Origin: Myxococcales bacterium
GTDB lineage: Bacteria; Myxococcota; Myxococcia; Myxococcales; UBA5297
Length of the DNA: 64,000 nt
NCBI GenBank assembly: GCA_050942745.1
Contig: JBMNNX010000003.1
Coordinates: 6,767 to 70,766, forward strand
Direction: 5' to 3'
Shown: positions 37,982 through 47,080 of the stretch, piece by piece
Position numbering within the stretch: the stretch's first letter is position 1
Layout: every line of letters begins with the position of its first letter
Translations under genes and position numbers: made by a program
Notes under the pieces: generated by a model
What the model was told of the DNA's origin: nothing
Database searches by the model: none
What the model saw: the letters and a program-made list of their open reading frames with translations, nothing else

Positions 37982-39574
37982 ATGAGACGCTGGAACGGCT
38001 GGGGGGATGATTCGCAGTCTTACCCGCTGCCCAGCAGCGCGGTGACCTACCTCGAGCGGGTCGTCGGCAAATCCATCCCGCCGCACGACGCGGCGCTCTT
38101 CGACGTCGTCGCCTCGGTCCCCGAGTCGCGGCTGCCCGAGCATCGGCTCGTCGACACGCGCCCCGAGACGCGCCTGCGCCACGCGCGCGGCCAGAGCCTT
38201 CCCGACTGGATAGCCCTGCGCTCGGGGCGCATCGCGGCCTTCCCCGACGGCGTCGCGCGCCCGGCCTCGGGCGACAAAGTGCGCGAGCTGCTCGGCTGGG
38301 CCGAGGAGATCGGCGCGCGCGTCATCCCCTACGGCGGCGGCACCAGCGTCGTCGGCCACATCAACCCGCTCCCGGGCGACAGGCCGGTGCTCACCCTGAG
38401 CCTCGAGAAGCTCAACCGCCTCGCCGGCCTCGACGAGCGCAGCCAGCTCGCGACCTTCGGCGCCGGCGTCACCGGCCCCGAGCTCGAACGCCGACTCGGC
38501 GACCGGGGCTTCACGCTCGGACACTTCCCGCAGTCGTTCGAGCTGTCCACCCTCGGCGGCTGGATCGCGAGCCGTTCGAGCGGCCAGCAGTCGCTGCGCT
38601 ACGGGCGCATCGACCACCTCTTCGCCGGCGGCCGGCTCGAGTCGCCGGCCGGGACCTTGGAGCTGCGACCCTTCCCCGGCTCGGCCGCGGGGCCGGATCT
38701 GCGCCAGCTCGTGCTCGGCTCCGAAGGCCGCCTCGGCGTACTCACCGAAGCCACCGTGCGCATCACGCGCCGGCCGCAGAAGGAGGCCTTCCACGCCGTC
38801 TTCTTCCGCGGCTGGGACGAAGGGCTGGAGGCGACCCGGCGCCTCGCGCAGTCGGGGCTGCCGCTGTCGATGCTGCGGCTGAGCACGCCGGAAGAGACCG
38901 AGACGACCCTCGCGCTCGCCGGCCACAAGGCGCTGCTCGGCCCCTTCGAGAAGGTGCTCGCGGCGCTCGGCGCGAAGTCAAAGAAGTGCATGCTCATCGC
39001 CGGCTTCTCGGGCTCGGCCGAGCTCGTCGCGGCGGCCCGCGGCGCCGCGCTCGCCATCGCGCGCGAAGGCCGCGGCATCCACGTCGGCAAGACCTTCGGC
39101 CGGCAGTGGCACAAGAACCGGTTCCGCACGCCTTACCTGCGCAACTCGCTGTGGGAGCGCGGCTTCGCGGTCGATACTCTCGAGACGGCGGCGACCTGGG
39201 CGCAGGTGCCGGAGCTGGCCGCCGCCATCGGCGCGGCGCTGCGCGACGGCCTGCGGGAGACAGGCGAGCGGGTCCACGTCTTCTCGCATTTGTCGCACGT
39301 GTACCCGAGCGGCTCGAGCATCTACACGACTTACCTGTTTCGCCTCGCCTCGGATCCCGAGGAGAACCTGCGCCGCTGGCGGACTCTGAAGGACGCGGCG
39401 AGCCGGGCCATCGTCGAGGGCGGCGGGACCATCAGCCACCAGCACGGCGTCGGGGTCGATCACCTTCCCTACCTCGCGGCGGAGAAGGGCGCGCTCGGCA
39501 TGTCGGCTTTGGAGGCGCTCTTCGGCCAGCTCGATCCGAAGGGCGTGATGAACCCCGGCAAGCTGGTGGCGTAG
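37982..39574 (+). CDS. FAD-linked oxidase, alkyl-dihydroxyacetonephosphate synthase (AGPS)-like
   Basis: ATG at 37982. N-terminal RRWNGWG motif, as in AGPS (KWNGWGY). FAD-binding PCMH-type segment VIPYGGGTSVVGH. C-terminal HQHGVG...MNPGKL. Confidence 0.75.
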   Translation: MRRWNGWGDDSQSYPLPSSAVTYLERVVGKSIPPHDAALFDVVASVPESRLPEHRLVDTRPETRLRHARGQSLPDWIALRSGRIAAFPDGVARPASGDKVRELLGWAEEIGARVIPYGGGTSVVGHINPLPGDRPVLTLSLEKLNRLAGLDERSQLATFGAGVTGPELERRLGDRGFTLGHFPQSFELSTLGGWIASRSSGQQSLRYGRIDHLFAGGRLESPAGTLELRPFPGSAAGPDLRQLVLGSEGRLGVLTEATVRITRRPQKEAFHAVFFRGWDEGLEATRRLAQSGLPLSMLRLSTPEETETTLALAGHKALLGPFEKVLAALGAKSKKCMLIAGFSGSAELVAAARGAALAIAREGRGIHVGKTFGRQWHKNRFRTPYLRNSLWERGFAVDTLETAATWAQVPELAAAIGAALRDGLRETGERVHVFSHLSHVYPSGSSIYTTYLFRLASDPEENLRRWRTLKDAASRAIVEGGGTISHQHGVGVDHLPYLAAEKGALGMSALEALFGQLDPKGVMNPGKLVA

Positions 39575-39734
39575 GCGCGGAGAGCCTCGCCGATCGCGGC
39601 GCGCGAGGCGCCGATAGCCCGCGCGAGGCGGCGACGCTGCTCGGCCCAAGACGGGTGGTTGCCCGAGTACCGGCAACACCTACTTTGCGCCCCGCCTCCG
39701 GCAATTCCGCCGGGCCGTGACGTGGAGGTCGCAA

Positions 39735-40169
39735 ATGGCAATCACCCGCTGGGATCCTTTGAGCGAGATGCGCGCGCTGGCCCGAAGGATGGAGCGCACC
39801 TTCGAGCCGATCCTCGAGGGCACATTCGAGGGCCCCCTGCTTCAGGCGTGGCCGCCCGTTGACGTCTACGAAGACAAGGACGAGGTCGTCTTCCGCGCCG
39901 AGCTGCCCGGTATCGAGCGCAAGAACGTCGAGGTCGTGCTCGAGGACTCGACGCTCACACTGCGCGGCGAGCGCAGGCTCGAGCGGGAGGAGAAGCGCGA
40001 GAACTACCAGCGCATCGAGTCGGCCTACGGCCACTTCTCCCGCAGCTTCTCGCTGCCCTCGACCATCGACCGCGACAAGGTGCGCGCGGACATGAAGGAG
40101 GGCGTCCTCGAGGTCCACGTGCCCAAGCGCGAAGGGGCCCGCGGCAAGACCATCCCCATCGGCGGCTAG
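39735..40169 (+). CDS. Hsp20/alpha-crystallin family small heat-shock protein
   Basis: GGAGG 6 nt upstream of the ATG at 39735. PVDVYEDKDEVVFRAELPGIERKNVEV...FSRSFSLP...GVLEVHVPK. Confidence 0.9.
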   Translation: MAITRWDPLSEMRALARRMERTFEPILEGTFEGPLLQAWPPVDVYEDKDEVVFRAELPGIERKNVEVVLEDSTLTLRGERRLEREEKRENYQRIESAYGHFSRSFSLPSTIDRDKVRADMKEGVLEVHVPKREGARGKTIPIGG

Positions 40170-40269
40170 TTACGATTCGCGCTCCGCCGGCGGCCCCAAG
40201 CCTGCGACATCCGCCCGCTCCGGGCGAATCCGCCCGGACCGGGCAACCTGCGCCGCCGAAAAGGCCCCA

Positions 40270-40461
40270 GAGTTCGTTCCGCGCGAAATACCCGAATCTG
40301 CAAGTGGTCGGATTCACGAGCGAGTTGTGGGAGGTTCTTGTCCAAATCAGGCTTGGGAGGCGAATCCGCGAGTCCCTCGACTCCGAGGCTCCCGCTGGTC
40401 GCCTCTACGCTCGGGATGAGCGGATTTCGCCCAAGTTGCTTGGACAAGGCGGAACGAACTC
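40270..40461. mobile_element. MITE-like palindromic element, family B (192 bp)
   Basis: 13-bp terminal inverted repeats GAGTTCGTTCCGC / GCGGAACGAACTC and sub-terminal CTTGTCCAA / TTGGACAAG. Lies between the convergent hsp20 and glycosyltransferase genes. A near-identical copy is at 56336. Confidence 0.65.
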
Positions 40462-40482
40462 AGAGGCCCTCGCGCCCCAGGC

Positions 40483-42009
40483 CTACTGCGTCATGCCCAG
40501 CCCCGCCGGTGGATGGCTTTCGGCGCCGACTTTGAGAATCCGCGCGAACTCTTCGAGCCAGCTCTGGAGCTGGCTGAGCATCAAGAAGTGCCTGAGCACG
40601 CGCCGCCGGCCCGAACGCGCCATCAGCTCGGCCTCCTTCGGGTAGGCGAGCATGTGCAGGATCGCCTCCGAGAGCATGGCGGCGTCGCTCGGGTCATCGA
40701 CGAGCACCCCGTCGGTGCCGTGGCGGATCTGGATCCCGAGGCCACCGACATTGGTGGCGACGACCGGCGTGTTCTTCCAAAGGGCTTCGGCGACGGTGAG
40801 CCCGAAGCCTTCCCTCACCGAAGCCTGCACGACCACCGTGGCGAGCCGCTGCAGGGCGTTGACGATGAGCGCGTTCTGCTTGGTGTTCACCATTGGCAGC
40901 CGCAACAGGTGGACGCGCCGGCGAATCTCCTCGGGCAGCGCGAGCTGCTGCCGACACAGCTCGTCGAGATAGGCCCCGGCCTCCGGGTCGTCGGCGACGC
41001 CCGCGGGATCAGGCCCGGCGAGCACGAGCTCGACCAGGCTCAGCTCGCTCAAGGCGCGGTCGGTGGCGACCTTCATCTGCCGGATGCGCTCGGGGCCGTG
41101 CTCGAGCAGGTCGGCGAAGGCCGGCATCAGGTGCTGGTAGCCCTTGAGGCTGTCGAAGCGCGAAAGCTGCAAGACGATGGGCCGGAACAGCAGGTTTTCA
41201 AGAGGGCTGGCCACCCATTGCCCGTCGACGAAGCGCTGCACCTGCGCATCGAAACGCGTCCACGCGGGCGCTGGCGGCCCGTCGACCAGCCCCGCCGATC
41301 GCAGGATGCCCAGCAGCTTGTAGAGGGGCAGCTCGCGGTTCTTGTGCGAGAGCGGATCGATTCCCGGGTAGAGCACCGTGCTGCGCTCGTACAGCTCGGC
41401 CGGGATGTAGGGCTCGGCTGAAAAGAGCAGCCTCGAGAACGGCTGCAGGTACTCCGAAAGAAACTGCCACCCCTTCTCGGTGTTCGAGTTGCGATGCGCG
41501 GTGCCGATGTGGCAGCGCCAGAGCATCGGCGGGCAGCAGAACTCCTGCGCGAAAAAGGCGGCCGCGCCGACCGGCTGGGGATCGTGCACGACCACGATGT
41601 CGCCGCGGTTGATCACCTCGCGCAGGTCGTTCGCGGCGCCGCGGCTCACGTCGTCGTAGATGCTCCTGGCGCGCCCGACGTCGGGGAGCCCATCCATCCC
41701 GTGCAGCAGGTGGTGCAGGCCCTTGGTGACCGGGAAGAACTCCGGATGGTCCGGGTGCAGCACGAGCCAGCGGGTATCGACGCCCAGGTCGTTGAGCAGG
41801 CTGCACAGCCTGGGCATCATCTCGGCGACCCCGCCGCCGGTCTCGGTGGAGTTGAGCATCCAGATGCGGTTTGGGCTGAGGGCGCGGCGAACCAGGCGGC
41901 CGAGGCGCTCGACCTCCTCGACGTGCACGTCGAGCCTGTCGAGGGTGCGGAAAGCCTCGAGATTGGTGGTGCGCTGGATGCGCACCTCACGCACGAGCGG
42001 TCCGACCAC
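40483..42009 (-). CDS. glycosyltransferase family 4 (TreT/trehalose-synthase-like)
   Basis: 508 aa. C-terminal GT-B motif ALQRLATVVVQASVREGFGLTVAEALWKNTPVVATNVGGLGIQIRHGTDGVLV resembles TreT-type enzymes. Confidence 0.75.
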   Translation of the reverse strand: MVGPLVREVRIQRTTNLEAFRTLDRLDVHVEEVERLGRLVRRALSPNRIWMLNSTETGGGVAEMMPRLCSLLNDLGVDTRWLVLHPDHPEFFPVTKGLHHLLHGMDGLPDVGRARSIYDDVSRGAANDLREVINRGDIVVVHDPQPVGAAAFFAQEFCCPPMLWRCHIGTAHRNSNTEKGWQFLSEYLQPFSRLLFSAEPYIPAELYERSTVLYPGIDPLSHKNRELPLYKLLGILRSAGLVDGPPAPAWTRFDAQVQRFVDGQWVASPLENLLFRPIVLQLSRFDSLKGYQHLMPAFADLLEHGPERIRQMKVATDRALSELSLVELVLAGPDPAGVADDPEAGAYLDELCRQQLALPEEIRRRVHLLRLPMVNTKQNALIVNALQRLATVVVQASVREGFGLTVAEALWKNTPVVATNVGGLGIQIRHGTDGVLVDDPSDAAMLSEAILHMLAYPKEAELMARSGRRRVLRHFLMLSQLQSWLEEFARILKVGAESHPPAGLGMTQ

Positions 42010-42214
42010 GCGGCCTCACCTCCGAGGGAAACGGGAGCGCCAGCCTTCGTGCCGGCGAATCCTCTCCTCGGAAGCTATGCAGCCGCCTGGCGCCGATGCA
42101 GGGCGAGCGTTCGTCGTCTGTGGATCGGACGTCGGGGCCCGCGGGGCCGGGCGCATTGCCATGACATTGCCATGCGCCCCTACCGGCCGATGCACACGAG
42201 CTTGGCGATCGGGT

Positions 42215-43516
42215 CTAGAACGGGACCTCGTCGTCGCCCGGCTCGACAGGCTCGGCCGAGACCTCGCCGTCGTCCGACCCCGGCTCGCGCAGCGGCAGCG
42301 ACACCTGGCCGGACGGCCAGTCCGGAGCCATGGTCGCCTCGGCGGGCACCACGTACCACTGTCGGCCCCGTACCTGCTGGCGCTTGAGCAGGCCTTCGCG
42401 CTCCATCGCCTCGAGCATCTTCGAGAAGGTCGAGAAGCCGTGCTCGCGCTCGTCGAAGTCCGGCTCCTTGCGGACGATCGCCTCCTTGAGCAGCGACGGG
42501 TTCAAAGGCCCGGTGGCGTGGGCGAGCAAGCTCGAGACGACGTCCCGAGCGATGGGAGGCACGCTCGGCTCGCCGGTGCCCCGCCTCCTGCCTCCTCTCG
42601 GTTGCTTCGCCGGCTCTTTCGAAACCTCCTCGGCTTGCTCGGCTTGCTCGGCCGCGGCGCCGGTGGACGCGGCGGGCTTCTTGGCCGCGGCGCCGGCGGT
42701 CGCGGCGGGCTTCTTGGCCGCGGCACCGGCGGAGGCGGCGGGCTTCTTGGCCGCGGCACCGGCGGAGGCGGCGGGCTTCTTGGCCGTGGCGCCGGCGGTC
42801 GCGGCGGGCTCCTTGGCCGCGGCTCTCCTGCCGGACCCCTTGGGCTCGGCCTGCTTCTTCGCGCCCTTCTTCTCGGGCGCCGCCTCCGGCGCCGGCGCGA
42901 CCGCCGCGTCCCCCCGGGCAACCGGCTCTTCGACGGGTACCGCTCGCGCGATGGCCGCCGCGCTCCTGGCGAGCCGCCGCTCCTCGGTCTCCTCGGCGTC
43001 CGCCTTGCGACCGCCGCGCCTCGGCCGGTGCGCGGCCTCCTCGCCCCGGCCAGCGCCCGCCTTCAGGTAGATGAACTCGTCGCAGGCCCTGACGAAGAGC
43101 CGCGAGGTCGCCTCGCGCACGCCGATGCCGATGACCTGGCGGTCGTTCTCGCGCAGCTTGTAGGCGAGCGGGCAAAAGTCGCTGTCGCCCGAGGCGATGA
43201 CGAAGGTGTCGATGAACTCGCGCGCGTAGCAGAGCTCGAGCGCGTCGATGACCAGGCGCATATCCGCGCCGTTCTTGCCCGTGCGCGTCGAGGGCGGCAC
43301 GTCGATGAGCTCGACGCCCATCTCGTGCAGGTGCGCCTTGGCCTCGCGAAAGCGCGACCAGTCGGCGTAGGCGCGCCGGTAGATGACCTTTCCCTTCTCG
43401 AGCAGGCGATCGACGGCAGGCTGGAGGTCGAAGCTCGCCGCGGTGATTCCGGTGTTGGTGACCAGGTTCTCGAAGTCGAGAAAGAGGGCGATTCGGCGCT
43501 GATTTTCTTTGGTCAA
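42215..43516 (-). CDS. NYN (LabA-like) nuclease domain - AKKPA repeat - OST-HTH/LOTUS domain protein
   Basis: TTG at 43516 with a GGAG 5 nt upstream. IALFLDFENL...GKNGADMRLVIDA...FVIASGDSDFCPLAYKLRE (NYN/LabA). Five 12-aa repeats A(A/T)AKKPAA(S/T)AGA. C-terminal LLKEAIVRKEPDFDEREHGFSTFSKMLEAMEREGLL (LOTUS-like). Confidence 0.75.
   Translation of the reverse strand: MTKENQRRIALFLDFENLVTNTGITAASFDLQPAVDRLLEKGKVIYRRAYADWSRFREAKAHLHEMGVELIDVPPSTRTGKNGADMRLVIDALELCYAREFIDTFVIASGDSDFCPLAYKLRENDRQVIGIGVREATSRLFVRACDEFIYLKAGAGRGEEAAHRPRRGGRKADAEETEERRLARSAAAIARAVPVEEPVARGDAAVAPAPEAAPEKKGAKKQAEPKGSGRRAAAKEPAATAGATAKKPAASAGAAAKKPAASAGAAAKKPAATAGAAAKKPAASTGAAAEQAEQAEEVSKEPAKQPRGGRRRGTGEPSVPPIARDVVSSLLAHATGPLNPSLLKEAIVRKEPDFDEREHGFSTFSKMLEAMEREGLLKRQQVRGRQWYVVPAEATMAPDWPSGQVSLPLREPGSDDGEVSAEPVEPGDDEVPF
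42650..42829 (-). repeat. 5 x 36-bp tandem repeat (encodes AAKKPAA[ST]AGA units)
   Basis: GGCCGCGGC.CCGGCGG.GGCGGCGGGCTTCTT repeated head to tail inside the NYN-LOTUS gene. Confidence 0.85.
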
Positions 43517-44227
43517 AGGTGCTCCGCGAGGCGCAAGGGCAGGCAACTGCTTGTTTGGTTGCCAACACGCTACCCGATCGGCGAGTGCCGCGCGCCTCTT
43601 CCTTTTGGATCTGTCAACCGGCGCCGCTCCCCGTTTCGTCCTGAGTCCGGCCGCCGCCCGCTCGCCGGGCGCCACCGCCGCGCTACCGGGGGCGCCCCCG
43701 GTGCCGGCGTATCCCTCGCCTCGGCGAATCCGCGCGGCAGGCCTTGAAACATCGACCTCGCGCGCCGCGCCGCGAGCGGCGCCACGTCCTTCGGGCCGGG
43801 CAGAGCGAACATCCGGGGTCCTCAGGACTTCGGCGCGGCGGCCGGCTCTCTCGGCTTCGGCCGGCCGCCGCGCTGGGCGGAGGCCCGAGGGGACCGGAAC
43901 CGGCCGGTCCCGACGGCCGCCGCATATACGAAACGCCGTGCTCAAGGGCCTTCGTCCGGCGCTCTCGCCAGCCGGTCGCGCCGGAGCGCGGCTGCGCTCG
44001 CCTCTGCTGCGAGCGCGGCCGCCGTCGCGGCTCCGAATCCCTTGGCGCTTGAGCCGCCGCGGCCGTGCTGTCCGTGCTTTCACCGGACATGCCACCGCGC
44101 GCGGCCGCAGGCCGCTAACCCGGCCGAAAGCCCCGCGCCCCGGCGAGCGAGGGGAAAGCCGTTACCGTCCCGAAGAATCGAAAGGGCCCAGGGATCCCCG
44201 GAGGCCGGACAACCGGGCGGCTCGACT

Positions 44228-44596
44228 TCAAGCGTCGAAGTGGCGCCGCTGGGGAGGCGCCCCCGGCTCCTCGGCGCCATTTGCCCCGTCCGACTCGGCG
44301 AGCGCGCCCGGCGCCGCCCCCGGCTGTCGGTCCGTACCCTCGCCGGCGCGCATGAGGCGGGCGCTCGTGCGCGCGGCGAGATAGCTGAAGGTGGCGGCCG
44401 CAAACCTCCAGACCGCGACTCCGGAGAGGCCGACGGCCACGAGGCCAATGAGCGTGCCCTGGAAAAGATCGAAGGGCAGCGCCCGGGACAGCATCCAGCC
44501 GAATCCCAGGCCAAGCCCCACGAGGCCCCCGGCGAGCACCAGGACGCTGATCAGCCCGGCGAGGATGATGAGGGCGCCGCCGAGAATGCGCTTCAT
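44228..44596 (-). CDS. small membrane protein (3 predicted TM helices)
   Basis: ATG at 44596. MKRILGGALIILAGLISVLVLAGGLVGLGLGFGWML...LIGLVAVGLSGVAVW, followed by a disordered acidic tail. Confidence 0.5.
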   Translation of the reverse strand: MKRILGGALIILAGLISVLVLAGGLVGLGLGFGWMLSRALPFDLFQGTLIGLVAVGLSGVAVWRFAAATFSYLAARTSARLMRAGEGTDRQPGAAPGALAESDGANGAEEPGAPPQRRHFDA

Positions 44597-44976
44597 GTCC
44601 GCCTCCGCATCCCGGTGGGCCGGGTGCGCCCACACAATCAGGGGCGCGCTGATCATGTCAAGGCGCCCGTGAGAGCCGCCCCGCTGGGAAATCGCCCGGC
44701 CGGATGAGGCGCGTCAGAGGCCCGGTCCTTCACGGGCGCCGAGCGCGGGCCGACGAACGGGCGCCCGACGACGAGGATTGAGGGCCCGGTGGGCCGCCGG
44801 TGCGGCTTCCGACGCCTGCTTCCTCCACAGCCGGCCAGCGAGGCGCGTTCCCAGTTGCATCACACCGGACATTCGCGGCGGAAGGAGGCCAGATCCCGAT
44901 AGGTTACAAGGATCTGCTTGATTCGAGCCATCGCTTCCCCTAGCTATGCCCGCCCCCAAGGGGCGGAGGACAGGTC

Positions 44977-47070
44977 GTGTACAAGGACTTCACCAGACTA
45001 CGCAACATCGGCATCTCGGCGCACATCGACAGCGGAAAGACCACGCTGACTGAGCGGAGCCTGTTCTACACGAACCGCATCCACGCCATCCACGAGGTCA
45101 AGGGCAAGGACGGCGTCGGGGCCACCATGGACTCGATGGATCTCGAGCGCGAGCGCGGGATCACCATCGCCAGCGCGGCCACGCACGCCCAATGGGCGGG
45201 CTACCACCTGAACATCATCGACACCCCGGGGCACGTCGACTTCACCATCGAGGTCGAGCGCGCCCTGCGCGTGCTCGACGGCGCGGTGCTCGTGCTCTGC
45301 GCGGTCGCCGGCGTCCAGAGCCAGTCGCTGACGGTGGACCGCCAGATGCGCCGCTACAACGTCCCGCGCATCGCCTTCATCAACAAGTGCGACCGCGTCG
45401 GCGCCAACCCGCTGCGCGTCAAGGAGCAGCTCCGCGAGAAGCTCGGCCACAACCCCGTGCTGCTCCAGCTCCCCATCGGCCTGGAGGACAAGTTCGAGGG
45501 CATCGTCGACCTGGTCGAGATGAAGGCCCGGCGCTTCGAGGGCAAGAGCGGCGAGACCGTCGTCGACGGCCCTATCCCCGAGCACATGCTCGAGCAGGCG
45601 CGCGCCGCGCGCGAGGAGATGCTCGACGCGGTCTCGATGTTCAGCGACGAGCTGACCGAGGCCATCCTCGAGGACCGCGTCACCGAGGAGCTCATCCACA
45701 GCGCCATCCGCAAGGGCACCATCAGCCTGAAGCTGACCCCGGTGCTGATGGGCTCGGCCTACAAGAACAAGGGCGTCCAGAAGCTGCTCGACGCGGTGGT
45801 CGCCTACCTGCCCGACCCGACCGAGGTCGTGAACAAGGCGGTCGACCTCGACCACGACGAGGCCGAGGTGATCACCGAGACGAACATCGAAAAGCCCACC
45901 GTCGCCCTGGCCTTCAAGCTCGAGGACGGCCGCTACGGGCAGCTCACCTACCTGCGCGTCTATCAGGGCAAGCTGTCTCGCGACGCGTTCATCACCAACA
46001 CGCGCACCCGCAAGCAGCACAAGGTCGGCCGCCTGGTGCGCATGCACTCCGACAAGATGGAAGACATCGACGAGGCGGGCGCGGGCGACATCGTCGCGAT
46101 GTTCGGCATCGAGTGCAATTCGGGCGACACCTTCACCGACGGCACCATCAACGTGGCCATGACCTCGATGCACGTGCCCGAGCCGGTCATCTCGCTGTCG
46201 GTCAAGCCGGTCGACCAGAAGTCCGAAGCCAACATGTCCAAGGCGCTGCGCCGCTTCTCGCGCGAGGACCCGACCTTCCGCGTCGGCATCGACGAGGAGT
46301 CCGGCGAGACGATCATCCGCGGCATGGGCGAGCTGCACCTCGACATCTACATCGAGCGCATGAAGCGCGAGTACAACACCATCGTCGAGACCTCGGCCCC
46401 CGAGGTCGCCTACCGCGAGACCATCAGCCGGCGCGCGGACTTCAACTACACGCACAAGAAGCAGACCGGCGGCGCGGGCCAGTACGGCCGGGTGGCCGGC
46501 TACATCGAGCCGTGCGAGGAGCACGAGTTCGAGTTCGTCGACGAGATCGTCGGCGGCGTCATCCCTCGGCAGTTCATCCCCTCGTGCGAGAAGGGCTTCC
46601 GCTCCCAGCTCAGCAAGGGCCGCAAGCTCGGCTACCCGGTCGTCAACGTCCGGGTGGTGATCAACGACGGCGCCTTCCACGCGGTCGACAGCTCGGACAT
46701 CGCCTTCCAGGAGGCCGCCCGCGGCGCCTGGCGCGAGGCGTTCGACCGGGCCCAGCCGAAGATCCTCGAGCCGATCATGCGGGTCGTCGTGGAGGGCCCC
46801 AGCGAGTTCTCGGGCGCCGTCCTCGCCACCATGATGCAGCGGCGCGGAATGATAGTGGGCACGCAGGAGGACGGCCTGCTGGCGCGCATCGAAGCCGAAG
46901 TTCCGCTCGCCGAAATGTTCGGTTACGCCACGACGCTGCGTTCGGCGACGCAGGGCAAGGCCGAGTTCACCATGGAGTTCTCCCGCTACCTGCCGGTCCC
47001 GGCGGCCATCGCCGAGGAGCTGGTCAAGAAGGCGCAGGAGAAGCAAAAGGCCCTGGCGGGCAAGAAGTAA
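44977..47070 (+). CDS. fusA: elongation factor G (mitochondrial EF-G1 / spd-type)
   Basis: GTG start with a GGAGGA upstream. [58 protein letters not shown]. 697 aa. Not located in an rpsL-rpsG-fusA-tuf context. Confidence 0.95.
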   Translation: MYKDFTRLRNIGISAHIDSGKTTLTERSLFYTNRIHAIHEVKGKDGVGATMDSMDLERERGITIASAATHAQWAGYHLNIIDTPGHVDFTIEVERALRVLDGAVLVLCAVAGVQSQSLTVDRQMRRYNVPRIAFINKCDRVGANPLRVKEQLREKLGHNPVLLQLPIGLEDKFEGIVDLVEMKARRFEGKSGETVVDGPIPEHMLEQARAAREEMLDAVSMFSDELTEAILEDRVTEELIHSAIRKGTISLKLTPVLMGSAYKNKGVQKLLDAVVAYLPDPTEVVNKAVDLDHDEAEVITETNIEKPTVALAFKLEDGRYGQLTYLRVYQGKLSRDAFITNTRTRKQHKVGRLVRMHSDKMEDIDEAGAGDIVAMFGIECNSGDTFTDGTINVAMTSMHVPEPVISLSVKPVDQKSEANMSKALRRFSREDPTFRVGIDEESGETIIRGMGELHLDIYIERMKREYNTIVETSAPEVAYRETISRRADFNYTHKKQTGGAGQYGRVAGYIEPCEEHEFEFVDEIVGGVIPRQFIPSCEKGFRSQLSKGRKLGYPVVNVRVVINDGAFHAVDSSDIAFQEAARGAWREAFDRAQPKILEPIMRVVVEGPSEFSGAVLATMMQRRGMIVGTQEDGLLARIEAEVPLAEMFGYATTLRSATQGKAEFTMEFSRYLPVPAAIAEELVKKAQEKQKALAGKK

Positions 47071-47080
47071 GGAGCGCGAA

